A DNA stretch of 64,000 nucleotides from Eledone cirrhosa. Its lineage: Eukaryota. Below are positions 63,293-64,000 of the stretch, piece after piece. A model generated the notes under the pieces. The model searched no databases. It was given only the letters and a program-made list of their open reading frames with translations, and was not told where the DNA came from. A program made the position numbers and the translations under genes. Every line of letters starts with the position of its first letter. Within the stretch, counting starts at the first letter, position 1. The stretch is from assembly GCA_964016885.1 (NCBI GenBank), contig OZ024744.1, forward strand, positions 50,282,001-50,346,000. Reading direction: 5' to 3'.

Positions 63293-64000
63293 AGAGGATG
63301 CTTCAAAAAGTTCGTGTAAAAAGGACAGTTAGAAAACACGGTTTAAGTTATAATTATGTGTATTCTTTTTTCTTACATCTTCAACTGATTGAAAATGGGT
63401 ACCTTTCAATGATTTTTTAAGGTTTGGAAACAAAAAGAAGTTGGATGGGGCTAAATCGGTACTGTAAAGTGGGTGTCAGATGATTTTTCATCGAAATTCG
63501 TGTTACATAGCTCGTGTCTGTCGAGCGCCGTTAGCGGGCGCATTGTCCTGGCAGAAGAGGACGTTTTTCCGCGATTTTCTTGGCCAGTTTTCTCAAAATT
63601 CCTTCATATTATGCAGCTATAATTGTTCTCTTCTCGAGGAAGTCAGCCAGCAAAATCCCCTTTACATCCCAGAAGACAGTGGCCATGACATTCCCTCTTG
63701 AGCACTTCGATTTTGCCTTGACTGGCCCACTTCCATCCGCGGGCAGCCACTGCTTCGATTGAGTTTTGTCCTCAGGATCGTATTGGTAGAGTCACGTTTC
63801 ATCCCCGGTAACAAATCTCTGCGGAAAAGCTTCAGGGTCTTCATCCCACTTGTTCAAAGTACCCTGCCATTGTGGGGATCATCTTCAACCTTATCTCTTC
63901 CACGTCTAAAACGACTTATCCATTTGTAGGTTGTTGATTTCTTTGGAGCATTGTCTCCATAAACTTGCTCCAGAGCGTCAATGATTTGGCTGCTCTTCCA
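63293..64000 (-). mobile_element. Decayed mariner (DD34D-type) DNA transposon, 5' end outside window
   Basis: Minus strand VYGDNAPKKSTTYKWISRFRRG..EDDP; FVTGDET*LYQYDPE..QSKQW; VMATVFWD; QDNAPA; HPLYSTDLAPSNFFLFP; TIR-like TA|AGAGGATGCTTCAAAAAGTTCG at 63291; internal deletion and stops. Confidence 0.88.

Overview
Eukaryotic, repeat-dominated window from an AT- and microsatellite-rich metazoan genome; a SINE head at 59641 suggests a cephalopod (recollection, not a database result). 1-21 kb is a pile-up of non-LTR retrotransposons joined at trinucleotide microsatellites: two long Tx1/L1-clade copies plus fragments (+), an R4/Dong-type element with a restriction-like endonuclease (-), and RTE-clade pieces. 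One likely 81-bp host exon (-) lies among them. 21.4-26 kb holds a Helitron-like 5' end, a hammerhead-ribozyme-like motif, two convergent Penelope-like fragments inside an inverted repeat, and a tRNA-derived SINE. 26.85-57.28 kb is a 30.4-kb array of about 630 copies of a 48-bp unit with local higher-order repeats; its huge ORFs look like artefacts. 58-64 kb has a Helitron PIF1 remnant with a 3' terminus, a fold-back element and a decayed mariner. Top leads: (1) a conserved 53-nt GTAAGT...CAG intron candidate whose removal would fuse ORF1 to ORF2 in frame in both Tx1-like copies; (2) a possible 37.7-kb Helitron (21440-59137) enclosing the satellite; (3) several LINE clades meeting at (ATT/TAA)n. 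Everything was read by eye and coordinates may be a few bases off.
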